64,000 nt of DNA from Dicyema japonicum (taxonomy: Eukaryota > Animalia > Dicyemida), in NCBI GenBank assembly GCA_011109175.1, contig RDEW01000026.1, forward strand, positions 62,001 through 126,000. Direction: 5' to 3'. The notes beneath the pieces are model-generated. The model was not told the origin of the DNA, did no database searches, and was given only the letters and a program-made list of their open reading frames with translations. Positions 1-12,489 of the stretch are shown here, piece by piece (position 1 is the stretch's first letter; each line of letters begins with the position of its first letter). The translations under genes and the position numbers were made by a program.

Positions 1-1954
1 TGTACACATTGAGTCTCCTCTCTGAGATCATGCTCGATCTCGACACATCAGACAGTAGCACGTCGTTTGCGTATATCAGAGATCTCGTACTTGGTGTAGA
101 CGAAGACGGGAAACCGCCCATTAGAACATTAAACAATAAAGGGCTCAAAGTTGATCCTTGTGGGACTCCTCTCTTCAATAATATCATATTTGAAAAATAG
201 CGTCCGCATCTAACATAGGATTTTTCCCTTTAGGTAACTTTCACCCAATTCACTAGTTCTTTGGCTCCCTGTCCGAGATAACTGATCGATTATGGCTCTG
301 TGGTTAACACTCGAATTTTGATATGTCGAGACATATGACATTCAGAGACATTTGGATTCTCTGGCTTTGCATAACTCGGAGTTGAGATGAAATAAGCAAT
401 CATCGCATGACCGTCCTGGGCGAAAACCAAATTGATCATTTCTGAAGTAGTCTTCTTTTTCCAGCAGATTTATTAGCTTCCAGAAGACAATTTTTTCCGT
501 AATTTTCAAATTTGACTGAATCAGGCTTATCGAGTTGTAGTTAGTAGGATCATTCTTCGGTCTTCCTGTCTTCGTTACCATCCGTACAATAGCCTTCTTC
601 CAATCGTGTGGAACATGATTAATTTTGATGCATCCGTTGAACATATCTTTGAGAACTTGGAATAAAATTTCTGGGCCTTTTTTAAACATCCTAGCTTTGA
701 TGAATTCGCTGCCCGAAGCTTTATTCTTGACAGCTCTTTTTGCTATTTTCAGCTCTTCTAGAGATCTCTGTTTTCTATGACAATGGTTCAGAACAAGTCT
801 TCTCCGCGGTGACATCATCGTCCACATCAAATATCTTTTTAAGCTGTGTCTCAAAAACTAGAGGTATTTTCCTTCAGCATAGTAGGTGCCCTCCGGTTTC
901 TTGAGCACAATCTTGTTTGCGATTGACTCTGGGTTCCTTACTCTTCGGTATACCTTCCAGAAAGAGGGATTGTGTTTGTTTATTTATCCGATTTGAGAAT
1001 GTAAGCATATTTGCTGCTTTATCAATCGTGATATCCGTCATCTGTATTCCATAAAGCTTAGAATCCACATACTTAGTGAAACCCCCTAGTTTGCTTTCGC
1101 AAAATTTTTGAATTTCATCGTTTGGCAGTATGCACAACTTTGACTTTTAGTTTCAGAATAGTAGGGCTATGGTCACTTGAAAAACCATACAGGACGTTCA
1201 AAGTAGGTAGTCCTATTAGTGAAGTAAAACAGAATGTAATATCCGGGGATGTCGGTGCATCAGTAATTCGCTGATGAGTATTTGTATGAGAATCTGGGTT
1301 GTTGAGGATGCTCAAGTCACCGAGATAGTCGAGGATAGATTGTCTTCGGCTCTTTGAATGTTGATTGCTGAACCATAGTGGGTGCTTCCCGCTCAGATCA
1401 CCACAGATGATCTTTAATTCTTGTACCATCCATATGTTGGGAGTGTATGGCAAATTACGACATTTTTGGGAGTAGACCGTACTGCGTGTGAGAGTTAGAA
1501 CTCCAAGAGACGTGATACAATGTTCCGTCGTCCTCCCACATCTCTGAGACACAGTTGGAAACATCTGTAGATGACAATCCAATTCTAATAATCGTTAAAA
1601 GCCTCTCATCAGAGCCCCTGTCCAAGTCTTTTCGGACTACCACATAGCATGAGAAGATTGGAGTGGGGATTCATTTAGTTAACTTCGTTTATTGGATTGC
1701 CGTGATGCCCACTTTGTGATCCGTCAGTAAGGCACGAAGCTCCAAAAATTGCTTATAATCCCGTTTATGTTCAATTGCAAGATAACCAAGAAGAAACATT
1801 GACATTGGTTCTGTTCTACTTTCCTAAAGAGCACAGTCAGCATAAGCCACCCCGTGCAAACGATGTGACGGATAAAGTGGTGAGAGAATGGTCCTTTTTC
1901 ATGGCCATTGGATTGGCACAGGGCGCTGCCAATATAGGAAACAACATGACGCCT
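1..1954 (-). mobile_element. Degenerate Vingi/Ingi-like LINE, copy 1 (5' ribozyme-like fold, decayed 2A, APE, RT; runs off the window)
   Basis: APE start LVILQLNINGI near 1780 and APE C-part GDLSGKHPLW...SDHSPTI (1115-1582). RT N-part with QFGFRPGRS (342-854). GVPQGSTLSPLLF on the minus strand near 90-170. Many frameshifts. Confidence 0.85.
1889..1954 (-). ncRNA. Decayed HDV-like ribozyme candidate at LINE 5' end
   Basis: Aligns by eye with the better-preserved fold at 22219-22280 (ttaacg-P1-atg-P2...aaaa-g.acca-tt). P4 hairpin gcca/tggc is present; P1-P3 are imperfect. Confidence 0.35.
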
Positions 1955-2059
1955 CGTTAACATTTTAATTTTTTGGTATTTATTAACCCCGGGATCGCCG
2001 AGAAAGACAAAAGTAATGTCAACTAGTACCCGAAACCATTTTTCGTATAAAATAATTTT

Positions 2060-2690
2060 TTTAATAAAAGACAATTATTTAACAATTAAACAAATGTTAA
2101 TTGAGGAAGCCGGCTGCGTGAATCGCGAACGAGTTCCCTCGGAGTATGGCCATTCCAATCTTTTGTCTCAGCCAGAACCCTTCTCGTTGATCCATTTTCT
2201 TTCTGGCAAGCATTCCTTCGAGTTCGCGCAAGAACTCAGCCGTCATTGGACTAACGGCTCCCGAAACCTCGACCGCAACAGGAGTAAATTGGTGCCGCAA
2301 GAATATTTCTTGATTTTTAGGTTTTCCGCGGTCGAAGCAGCTGCTCCAGGTGTCTGAACCGATTTGAAAAGATTCGTGCTTGAAAATGTGTCAGCACAAG
2401 TTGCGTCCAAGACCAAAGATCTTCCGGATGTGTAAGGGAAAAGTGTCATCCTGTCAGGTCTCTTCCATCTTCTCGATCGAGACCCACTGGTTCAAACTGT
2501 GATGGGAAGCCTGTAGCCTTTAGAGCTCTGACGATCACATTGTTCAGAGCAGCGTGATGTGGTCCTCTTCCAGCGCTTCTTCTGCAGGACAGCGGGTACA
2601 ATCCCTTCGCATCGACTATTGTCCCTCATCGGCATCGGTGCTCCTGGCAAACGTCTAGTCCTAGCCTTTGTCGATTGTTTGCATAGAAGC
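2060..2690 (-). mobile_element. CRE-like non-LTR retrotransposon 3' fragment (CCHC + RLE endonuclease)
   Basis: HRCRC...LSCRRSAGR..HAALN, RPDRMTLFPY..LVLDATC, F.PVAVE, IGMAILRGN motifs, followed by an AT-rich tail. Confidence 0.85.
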
Positions 2691-2691
2691 T

Positions 2692-5086
2692 CTAACGATG
2701 GGGAGGAGATATTGGAGAGTGAGTGAAAGCCTTGAGAATTCCAATTTTCTTTTGGATCCTCTCGGTTACTAAATCCACTTGATGAGTAAATGTGAGGAGG
2801 GGATCCATGATGACTCCAAGGATTGAAAGCGTCTTCTTAATGGGAAGCGGGGAGTCATAAAATTTTATTCGTGGTGTTACCCGTAATTCTATTCGTGTTG
2901 AGGTAAACGTCATTACATGTGACTTTCCTGGTGATATATTCAGACGGTTCTTTAGGAACTAAAGACCCATCAGGTTTAGTAGATCTTGCACGGACCTGTC
3001 GCCTCCTCGATTCTTCGAAGTTTTATTGCGATCACGTGATTATCCGCATACGATAAAAGAATTGTTTTTTTGGTGGTTGGGGATAATAGGTCACTGAGGA
3101 ACATATTAAAGATCATTGGTAATAACGGTGATCCTTGTGGAACTCCATTTGGAAAATATCGCGGTTTTGATTTTTGGTTGTTTGCCACCACTTGGCCCAT
3201 TCGACCGTTGATAAAGTTAGCCAACCATGACTTGAATTTAGGGTGGATCGGCGTCTTAAAAATTTTGCTAGAGCGATCTTCCGGAATACTGAGTCAAAAG
3301 CCTTCTCTGCATCCACTGAGACCAGCACGGTTTTCTCGTGTGGATTTGGAGTATTCAGATTGTCCGAGATGAATTGAACCAGTTTTGTTAGATGAGTTGT
3401 TGTTGAGTGTCCTTCGTGGAATTCATGTTGAAAAGATGGTAGAGTTATGAAAGGACGGATCTTGAGAAGGACCAGTTTTTCTAACACTCGTAATAAGGCG
3501 GGTTGATGGATACCGGGAGGTAGGAGGACAGACAGTTTTGTGGTTTGTTTTTCTTCAGGATGAGGTGCATCAGAGATTTCTTCCATATTGACGGAATCTT
3601 GTTCTCGTTTATTGAGAGGTTAAAATTTTGTGTTATTGCGGCCGTTGCGGAAGGTCCTAGGTGTTTCAGTTCGAGAATGGAGATGGCATCCGAACTGCGG
3701 GACGACGAGTTGTTCATTTTCCTAATTACTGAGTGCACCATTGAGGGGTCGAAGAAAGTCATGTTGGGACATTTATTCCTTTACCCATTGCCAGAACATC
3801 CAGGTCTTTTGAATATGGTTTATGACTAATATTCACATAATAATTCATAGTGTCATTGGGATTTGGATATGTCCAATTAAATGTGGAGAGCACTTCTTGA
3901 GCTTCCTTATCGATTTCCATAATACAGTGGGGGAAGTATTGTTCGTAGTTTTTCTGAGCAAAGCTTCCCAGCGTTCTTTGTTGTGTTTTATGACGTTCCG
4001 CGTGATTTCTTTGTTCAGTTTTGATATCCTTTCAGTTATGTCCACTGATTGTCTTTCGAAATTCTTCAGATCGTTTGGATTAGATCTCACGTTTCAGCAT
4101 GGGTGTGATGGACGTTAAGGACGACCCATCGGAATGTATCTTTTGCGAGCTCGGAGTATAATCTCGTTGAGGTATTCGATAGATCCGAAGTTCTCTATCC
4201 GGAAGGCCTGAAGGTGTAGTTCGATGAAATATGTGAAGGCGGGCCATATTGCCTTTGAAAAGTTCACATTGGTTCCCGGAGTGTTCATTAACTTTTTTTG
4301 TGAGATCCTCATGAAGATCTTGTTATGGTCGATGTGTAAGTCGTATATAACATCCCATGAAATGATACCCGCAAGAGAAGGAGCGGCAAAAGAAATGTCT
4401 GGTGAAGTATGGAAGTTGCCTCTACGGAAAGAAGTACTTGTGTGTTTGGATTATTGAGAATGATCAAGTCGTCAAAACTGTCGGACATGAGGGCTCCCCG
4501 TTGATCCAGTTGTTAATCAACATACCATTGAGAACTCTTCGCATTTAGGTCACCGCCAATTAGCGTGTTTTCCAACCTGGTGAATCTTTTGAGTTCGGGG
4601 CTGTAGCCGCTGGGGCATGACGGTGGAGGGGGTATGTACATTTTGACAACTGTCAATCGGAGAGAGGGTAGGCATATTCTCAGAGTTAGATGTTCTAGTG
4701 TGTCGTCTTGGCGGGGCGGGTCCGGGATGTCATCCAAAATATTTCTGGCCATTATATGCTTCCTGATTAGCGTAATAAGGCCTCCTCCATTTCCATGGCC
4801 TCTGTCTCGTCTGAAAACGGAGTATCTTGGAAAGTTAGGTTTGGTCGCCGTGGGTTAAGCATCGTCTCTTTGAAAAGAGTTATATCCACTGAGTGTTTTA
4901 TGAGAAAGCGTTGTAGTTCAGCAATTTTTATTCGGATTGTGTTAATTTGTAATATTACTATCTGGTCCAGGATTTTCCTCGACATCTCCACAGGAAAGGA
5001 GTAGGATTCGACACCATCCGCGCGGTTGCAGGATAGGTAGTTCAAGTGAGCGATGCCACCACGTAGGCGAGTCACATGGCATGAAA
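2692..5086 (-). mobile_element. Degenerate Vingi/Ingi-like LINE, copy 2 (2A-APE-RT)
   Basis: RILLLSCGDVEENPGP at 4963-5010 precedes APE (IVILQIN..., GDLNAKSSQW). RT motifs LVSVDAEKAFDSV, NGVPQGSPL and LSYAD in ORFs 3113-3586 and 2976-3224. Confidence 0.9.
4963..5010 (-). other. 2A-like ribosomal skipping (StopGo) peptide RILLLSCGDVEENPG|P
   Basis: Direct translation; exact match to the D(V/I)ExNPGP consensus immediately upstream of the APE domain. Confidence 0.9.
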
Positions 5087-5169
5087 TTCAAAATTCCTTT
5101 ATCTAAAGTAAAGGTGCTTTAACTTCTTTCTCGGTGTATTCGGGGTTAATAAATTAATTAAGTACGCAA

Positions 5170-6750
5170 ATGCAAACCCTCAAAAACTTTATTATGGTGG
5201 AACTTGAGTTAAAGCCTAGGAACCGCAAAACTTTATTGTGCTCGGTTGACATCCGTAGGGCTTTTGACTCGGTTCCCAGAAAACTCTTAACGAAGAAGAT
5301 CTACTGCTCAGAAATCACCAGCATTTCCAAAAGGTGGCTCGGGAACTTTCTTACTGGTAGAAAAGAAAAAGTCGTAACAAAATTCTGCCAATCGATCTCA
5401 AATTTCTACCAAACAGCGTACCAGAGGGTTCCCCCTGGTTACCGTCGCTTTTTAACTTATTCTTTGATGAATTTCCAATTGACTCGGACAAAAATTCCAT
5501 AACCTTGAGTATGCCGATGACATAATATATGCTTACAAGGATATATGTGTTACGACAGCTACGAACAAATCACAAACTACTCTGGAAAGACTCCATGAAT
5601 GGTTGAAAGAAATTCAATGTCAACGTACACAGAGAAGTCATAAACCTATCTTTTTACGTCGAATAGAAGGCTATCAAGTTATTCGGCTGAACCAATCCCA
5701 AATAAAAAACAATCCAAGATTCTGGGAGTAACATTTGACACCCTCATGACCTTTAGCACACGTAATCAGTGCTTCGGCACGAAAGCTTAACTTCGTAAAG
5801 GTGCCCGTCTCAAAATTTAAAGGATCCTCAAACCTGTCATTATCAACATTATACACTCAATTCATCGATCCAACTATAAGTTATGGATGTGCAGTTTGGG
5901 GAACAAAACTTGCCAAAACAAACATGGATAAGATCAACTCTGCCGAATCCAACATGACCAAAACAATCTCCCGAATTACAGGACTACCAATAGGGGCAAC
6001 ACCAATTGAGGTCCTTTGAAAAATTCCGCCGGCATATTCATCCAAAATGAAAAACCACCAGAAGAACGGTGTTATTAAAAATGTGTCAGTTCCCGAGAGC
6101 AACACCGGGAAAAGATGAGAATATTGCTGAGAGAAACCGCAATCATCTGATGGCGTTTTCCTTTTAATTAGTTTACCTGGTGATTTTTGGCTTAATAATA
6201 ATTTTAAACTCGCAAAAAAGTCAATACGCACCGTCCAACCACCACCACCATTCTCCCAGCGGAAGATTACCTCGCATTAGTAATTTTTAAATGAAACAAC
6301 GGAACAGACCACTCTTGATTCTTCCTGAACCGCACAAAGAACTGCCTTATGATAATCCCTACTACATCGAACCTGTTTCGCGAACTGGTAAAGATTCCTC
6401 AGCCCCAACTGATAAACCAAGTTAAATGCAATACATGACCACATCTCTACCAAAACAATCCGAAGACAGGTTTGGAAAGATCTACTGGATGGCCCTCCCC
6501 CACTGGTGGATGAATCGGAGACTACCCTCGACAAGGAAAACCTGGCACAATTACGTTCTGGGCACTTACTTCTAGGAGACGAATTGAGCTCTTAGTTTCC
6601 TCCACCGGACCAATTATCATTTATTCTAGAAGAAGCTTTCTCCCGCCCGGTTCCTCCGGTGAACACCCGAGACCTGTGTAAACATCCAGCACTAGCTGTT
6701 AGACTTCTGAAAACAGCCTTACTCCTACAGGGTAATGAAGTCTGGGTTAA
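5170..6750 (+). mobile_element. 5'-truncated Vingi-like LINE (RT and C-terminus, no RNase H)
   Basis: SVDIRRAFDSV, YADD, YGCAVW and LAQLRSGH (6542). Ends ...ctgggttaataa. Confidence 0.8.
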
Positions 6751-6995
6751 TAACCAACTCTCTAAAAAGTGGCTAGTTAATGCATAAAAACCGAACCAAG
6801 TTTCTTGTCATCCTCCATTTTTCATACCTTTCATCCCCACTAATTTATTTCATTTCTAAACTTGCATGAAATTCGTTGTCTACAATCAAAAAAACTAAAC
6901 TATTAAATATATTTAATGAACACAATAAAATGACTTTAAAATTTTAATTTCAATTTTTGATTTAACAAATAAATAATAAAACAGCGTTGATTCTG

Positions 6996-8545
6996 ATGTG
7001 TCCTTCAGTTGATCCACAGTTGGACGACTTTGATGACGATTTTGGTACAAACCTCATAAGTTAGATTAGAAGCATCTTCAAACATCAATCATTCAGAACT
7101 GGGAAAGAAAGAAAATATTAACATTGTATTTATTGGTCACGTGGATGCTGGGAAATCTACAATTGGGGGGAATTTAATAATTCAAAGTGGCCGAATCTCT
7201 AAGCGAACCATCGAGAAGTTGATGGATCTGGCAAAGGAACTCAACCGGGAGTCCTGGTAGAACATCAAATTGATATTAGGTACCTTTCCTACGCCCTGGA
7301 CACTAACCAGGAGGAACGGGAGAAAGGAAAAACCGTGGAGGTGGCTCTGGCTTTTTTCTCAACCGAGAAGAAGTTCATCACTATCCTGGACGCTCCTGGG
7401 CACAAAGCCTACGTCCCCAACATGATAAACGGGGTCGTCCAGGCGGATATAGCCGTCCTGGTATCTGTTTTTCTCATTAAAGGTCATTTCTGCAAGAGTG
7501 GGGGAATTTGAGGCTGGTTTTGAGAAGGGTGGACAGACCAGGGAGCACACAATCATCGCCAGAGCTGCTGGGGTTAAGTATCTGATAATCCTCATTAATA
7601 AAATGGATGATCCATCTGTCGATTGGTCAGAAGAACGGTAATTGAGTCTTTAATTTCAAAGATACAAGTTTTGTGCTCAGAAATTGGCTCCTTTTTTGAA
7701 GCAACTTGGGTTTTCTAAGCAAAACTGTTTTATAATGCCGTGCTCAGGCTTTACGGGATCTTTTCTGAAGGAGATTCCTCCCGTTGAGGTCTGTCCTTGG
7801 TTTAGGTGGACAGTGTCGGTAATTGTAGGCGGTGGTCCTTCACTGGCTTGCTGGATAGCCTGGACCCTATGGACCGGAAGGTGAACGCCCCAGTCAGGTT
7901 TTTAGTGGCCGACAAGGCGACAGTGATCGGGACCATATTGATCGGGAAATTGGAATCGGGCACCATCGCGAGGGGACAGAAGCTTGTAGTTCAGCCTTCT
8001 AAGGTGAATTGATAGCTCATTTAGGCCACTGTAACCATCTCCCAGATTTTGTTGGATGACTTTGAGATTGAGTCGGTTATTCCTGGATATAATGTTCGTT
8101 TGAAGGTTCTGGGGACTTCTGAAGATGTTCTCTTGTGTTCTTTTAGTTTAGGATGTTTCTGTGGGATCTGTTCTCTGCTCTCCCGAGTCTTTGTGCTGTA
8201 TTGCCAAGAATTTTATAGTGGATGTTTGTTCGGGTGGTCTTAATGTAGATTTTTACGATGGATCTGACGTCGATAATTTGTCCAGGATTTCCTGCGATGA
8301 TGCATTTGCACCACGTGACTCATTTGGTGAAGTTCAAGAGACTTTTGAGCACGTCGGTAGATAACGGTGAGAAACAGAAGAATCCCAGATTTATAAGGTC
8401 TGACAGTCATTCTGAAGTGATTTTGGGAGTGGAGGAGCCTATTTGCGTGTCCTCGTCTAAGGAATTGCCTATTTTGAGCAGAATTGTGATCAGGGATGAG
8501 GGAAGGACTATTGCATTTGGGAAAGTCGTCAAACTCATTAATTGA
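6996..8545 (+). CDS. GSPT1: Eukaryotic peptide chain release factor 3 (eRF3/GSPT1/SUP35), 9 exons
   Basis: NIVFIGHVDAGKST, YLSYALDTNQEEREKGKTVEV, ILDAPGHK, GGQTREH, LINKMDDP and RDEGRTIAFGKV. Eight GT-AG introns of 21-25 nt (7045-7069, 7257-7279, 7461-7482, 7638-7661, 7806-7828, 8004-8024, 8127-8151, 8224-8248) give one open frame. Confidence 0.95.
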
Positions 8546-8619
8546 AAATTAATTTATTTGTTTATTTTTTGAGTCTGCTTTATGTTGTTGCTTTTTATTA
8601 TGGATTAATTTGTGTTTGT

Positions 8620-9440
8620 GCTCTGATGTTAACAGGAGATATTTCATTTTTTCCTTATTACTTGGAGATTTGCTTATAAAACCTGTCCTCACTTATATTT
8701 GTCATGATACCTTGACATTCCATTATTCAAAACCAGTCCAGATATCCCTGACATTGTCAACGAAATTATCGAGGTTTGCTTAAGTACATGATTTTAGGGG
8801 GTTCAAGGTGACAAGAAGGCCAAAAAACTGATTACCGTGTTACTCCATAAAGTCGTTTGGAAAGAATTACAGCGTCTGGATTCGTAAAATATGTCATGGA
8901 CTTTCTGACTGTCCATTTGACTGATTCTGCAGATTTAATCTGCCAGGTTGTTAAGAGTTCGGAATTTTTAGGTTGTTGAGAAATCTGATCCTCGGTTTGC
9001 TCCATTCGCCCTTCAGACTTTGATATTCTTGAAAGAATTGGAGTATCAACTTTTGAGCAACCATACATTAGTTCATCAGTTGTGTCAACAAGCTTCACTG
9101 AATGTATGAGTTATGTTCATATCCTTCAGGACACTGTAGATCTTGAGGAGAACACTAATGTGAGTAAACCCCCAATAATGTTCTATTAATGAAACTGGAT
9201 ATGAAAACATTGTGCTATATTTTAAATTTTAACTGCTAAAAAAATGTCCTTAATAATGAATAACCAATCCCTCATTCAATAGTGCTGCCACTGTGTTGCG
9301 AAGGTCATTAATTTCTTGTTGTTTGATTGTTTTATTTTTAGAAACTTATGATGACGTTAAATAGACCTCCTTTAGGATTGCGTTTGGACTACCTTCTACT
9401 TTTTTGATTTGGTCAGTCATGTGATGATTTTTGATGACAT
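8620..9440 (-). CDS. Possible uncharacterised gene convergent with eRF3; exon structure unresolved
   Basis: 88-codon open stretch at 8832-9098 and a coiled-coil-like piece IKQQEINDLRNTVAALLNE near 9270-9325. No consistent splice model found. Confidence 0.25.
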
Positions 9441-9559
9441 TTTATTCAATTTAATTTTTTTAATTAACTGGTTAGTTATTATGATAGGTCTCCGTTTTGA
9501 CCTGCACCAGTAGGTCCAGTGGTCGTAATGTCTTTCAAAACAAGCTACAGGTTCTAATT

Positions 9560-9889
9560 AATTAATCGCGAGCCGTCGTACCACCTCATTTTCAAATTTT
9601 CAGCACTCTCGATTAAGAAACAGAACAACAGGGGTCCAGAAAGATCTCCTTGTTGCACTTTGGATGACGAAGGAATTAGGTAGTCCCAGAAAAGTAAGGA
9701 TGAAGGTATATCCGACCGCAACCGATCGTAAGGCTATCAAGTAGGCGGAGAACAGGACGTGGCGGATAACTTCGCGAGTACTCTAGACAGAATCCGGTTA
9801 ATAAGAGGTAATTGAATTCGTAATACAAAGTCCTTGGTCTCCTTTGAGACACATTATCGAACTGTAGCATGATGTTTGTATGTAAGACT
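9560..9889 (-). mobile_element. CRE-like RT remnant
   Basis: KVQQGDLSGPLLFCF and RILSRVLAKL motifs across frames. Confidence 0.55.
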
Positions 9890-12489
9890 GGTCCCAGAGT
9901 TAGTTAGTTAGTTAAGAGCTCTTTCGCGTGGCCCTAAAAGGGGTTCGCTTAAGCCATGTTTTGCAGTCATCCTCCTCGCCCACGCCATCTTGTTCCTGGC
10001 CCTCATTCTAACATCATTCAGATCGTCCGCTGTCACCAATTTACGACTATTTTGTTTGTAGTCATTTTTTAAGCAGGTTGGAAGTGTGTCTCTTGGTCTG
10101 CCTCGAAATCCGCGACTTCCGGCGTAGTAGAAATATTCTTCCATTATTCTGTTACATGGTGTAGTCGGGTCCAGTCTGAGGATATGTCCAAATAGTCGCC
10201 ATCTCGATAAAATAACATCGGTGCTGAGTGGTCTGGATTTACATCGTGAATATAGATTTTCATTTGAGATTTTTCTCGGCCAAAAAATTTTAATCAACAT
10301 GCGGAGTTGGTTCCTGTGAAAAGTATCTAGCTTCTCTAAATCAATTTTAGAACATGCCCATGTTCCGGAATTGTATAGCAAAATTGGTTTAACAAACGTA
10401 TAGTCTGACACGAAGTTTCAGTGATACATGTTTTTTCCTTATCCAAATTTGGTACATTTTTTGAAGTATATGGTAGCCAGCATTTTCCTTCGACAAATAT
10501 CCTCAGCATCACCTAGCAGTGAGCCGAGTTTTTTGGTATGTCTCCAGCACTCATCGTTCCTTGATTCTGCTCGTTCGACTCGTGTATAATCAGTTTTTTT
10601 AATGTTTATGCGTAAATCCCAATTCTTAAAAATACGTTCGGCTTGAAGTAAAATTTGGTCAAGTATTTCTTGGTCGGTAGACACAAAGTCTACATCATCC
10701 GCATAAATTAACTCTGTTATGTCCCGGTATTTAGGACCCATGACATTTCTCAATTCCTTGAGTGCAGCTTCGAGGTAAACAATAAATATAATTGGGGACA
10801 AGGAATCTCCTTGTGGAGTGCCCATGTTGGTACTGAAACTCTTCGAATGCTTTGTTCCTATTCTCACGGATAGGTCAGTTTCGGAAAGTAATAAACTTAT
10901 TAGTCTCAGGCAGTCCTCGTCAAGCAGTTCCTTTAGAACAATCATGAGTTTTTCTCTATTGATGCTGTCAAAAGCCTTCGTTAGATCAATTCCTAGATGT
11001 AGATTACTTTCGTGTATTTTTGACATATTGATGTGAGCCATCGATGACTCCACACAATATCTGAGGTTGATCTTCCACTTCTAAACCCACTTTGACTTAG
11101 GGAAAGGTATTTTTCCACTGGCTCTCGTATACGGTTAAGCACTATGATCGATAAGGTTTTCCTGATAACTGACAATAGAATAATAGGTCTTAGTCCGTCC
11201 AACGACCCTTCTTTTTTCCCAGGTTTATGTATTGGAATTAAGACTCCATGTCCCAAAGGAAGTGGACAGTGAAGTTCCATCGACTCATTTAAGATATTCG
11301 TGATTATATTCCCAACAGTAACCGGGGCATGTTTTAGTAACTCACTCGGAATGCCATTATGTCACATGGGCCAAGCGTTACCTATGGGCAGCCTGTTACA
11401 TTAACCTTGAACCAAGATTAACTTCAATTAATTTTATAAATGATTTATTAACCACAAAAAATTAAATTTAAGTAACTTTTTTTAGTTTACTCATTAATAC
11501 AAAATTAATTATTTCTGCAACTGGATAATACTGAGACTCAAACTTATCCAGTCGCAATGAGGGATTTGTTCCAAACTGTTTTTTAGTCCGAACCTATTTA
11601 TTAATGTTTTTGATTCATACTTTATCTCCCATGTTAAAAGTATATTTACTATTATGAACATTCATTTTCCTGTTCATAGCTTTGTAATAATTCGAATTTT
11701 CTTCAATCGATTTAATTTCGAAGTTGAATTTTGACAACTTCCTCGTGATCGTCTGATTCTTTCGACAATTCCTTGTGCTCGTGGATTGTTAGGCCTTCCG
11801 TGAATTTGCTTAATGTTAAAATCTTCGCAAAGTTTTGTTATTTCTTGATTTTTAAATTCAGAACCATTGTCCAACTGAAGAAATTTACATGAACCATTCA
11901 GGCGGAACAAAGATCTTAAGTTTTCACATACTTCTTTACCAGACTTATTATAGAGTGGTCGTACAAAAGCGAATCTATAAATTAAAAAAAACCAGCCTAC
12001 TATATATGTCAATAACCGTAAAAACCATTTGAATTGAAATTTTTTCAGGTCTATTAGATCCACCTGAAAACGTTCATTTGGAGAAGAAGCAAACACATGG
12101 TGATTTATATCTCCAATCTACAATTATAAAAAATCACGAACTTTTAAAGGACGCGAAAATTTGCAGACTTCACAATTTCGAATGACTTTTCTGATAATCT
12201 CATTCTTTACAGTGAAGTATCTTTGTCGACATTCATACTCAATTTTATTGACTCCTCCGTGTGAAAACTCGTGCAACGACTGATACAGTCTAAAATTATT
12301 GAAATACAATACCTGTTATTGATAATAGAAAAATTCTCTATCGTTTTTACAAGCCTATATTTTTGTTGCCTCGGATGATTTTCGGGAAATTTATCATGCA
12401 AAGCATTTTAAAGTTTGATATTCAACGCAATCTTTCTCAAAATCCTTGTAAGAAGCCATTGCAACAAAATAATCTTCCATGCTATAAAT

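Noticed and set aside
9-200. Plus-strand ORFs such as 9-200, 3070-3372, 3545-3829, 10818-11036, 32979-33167, 34089-34394 and 46063-46394
   Set aside because: They are antisense shadows of RT, S6K or thiolase coding sequence.
6770-6900. Small divergent gene upstream of eRF3 with intron-like GT...AG segments
   Set aside because: No open frame longer than about 10 codons could be assembled.
6996-8545. HBS1L or EF-1alpha instead of eRF3
   Set aside because: ALDTNQEEREKGKTVEV and NKMDDPSVDWSEERY are eRF3-type.
9899-9916. Telomere-like (TTAG)n repeat
   Set aside because: Only three to four units, forming the 3' tail of the RTE next to its TSD.
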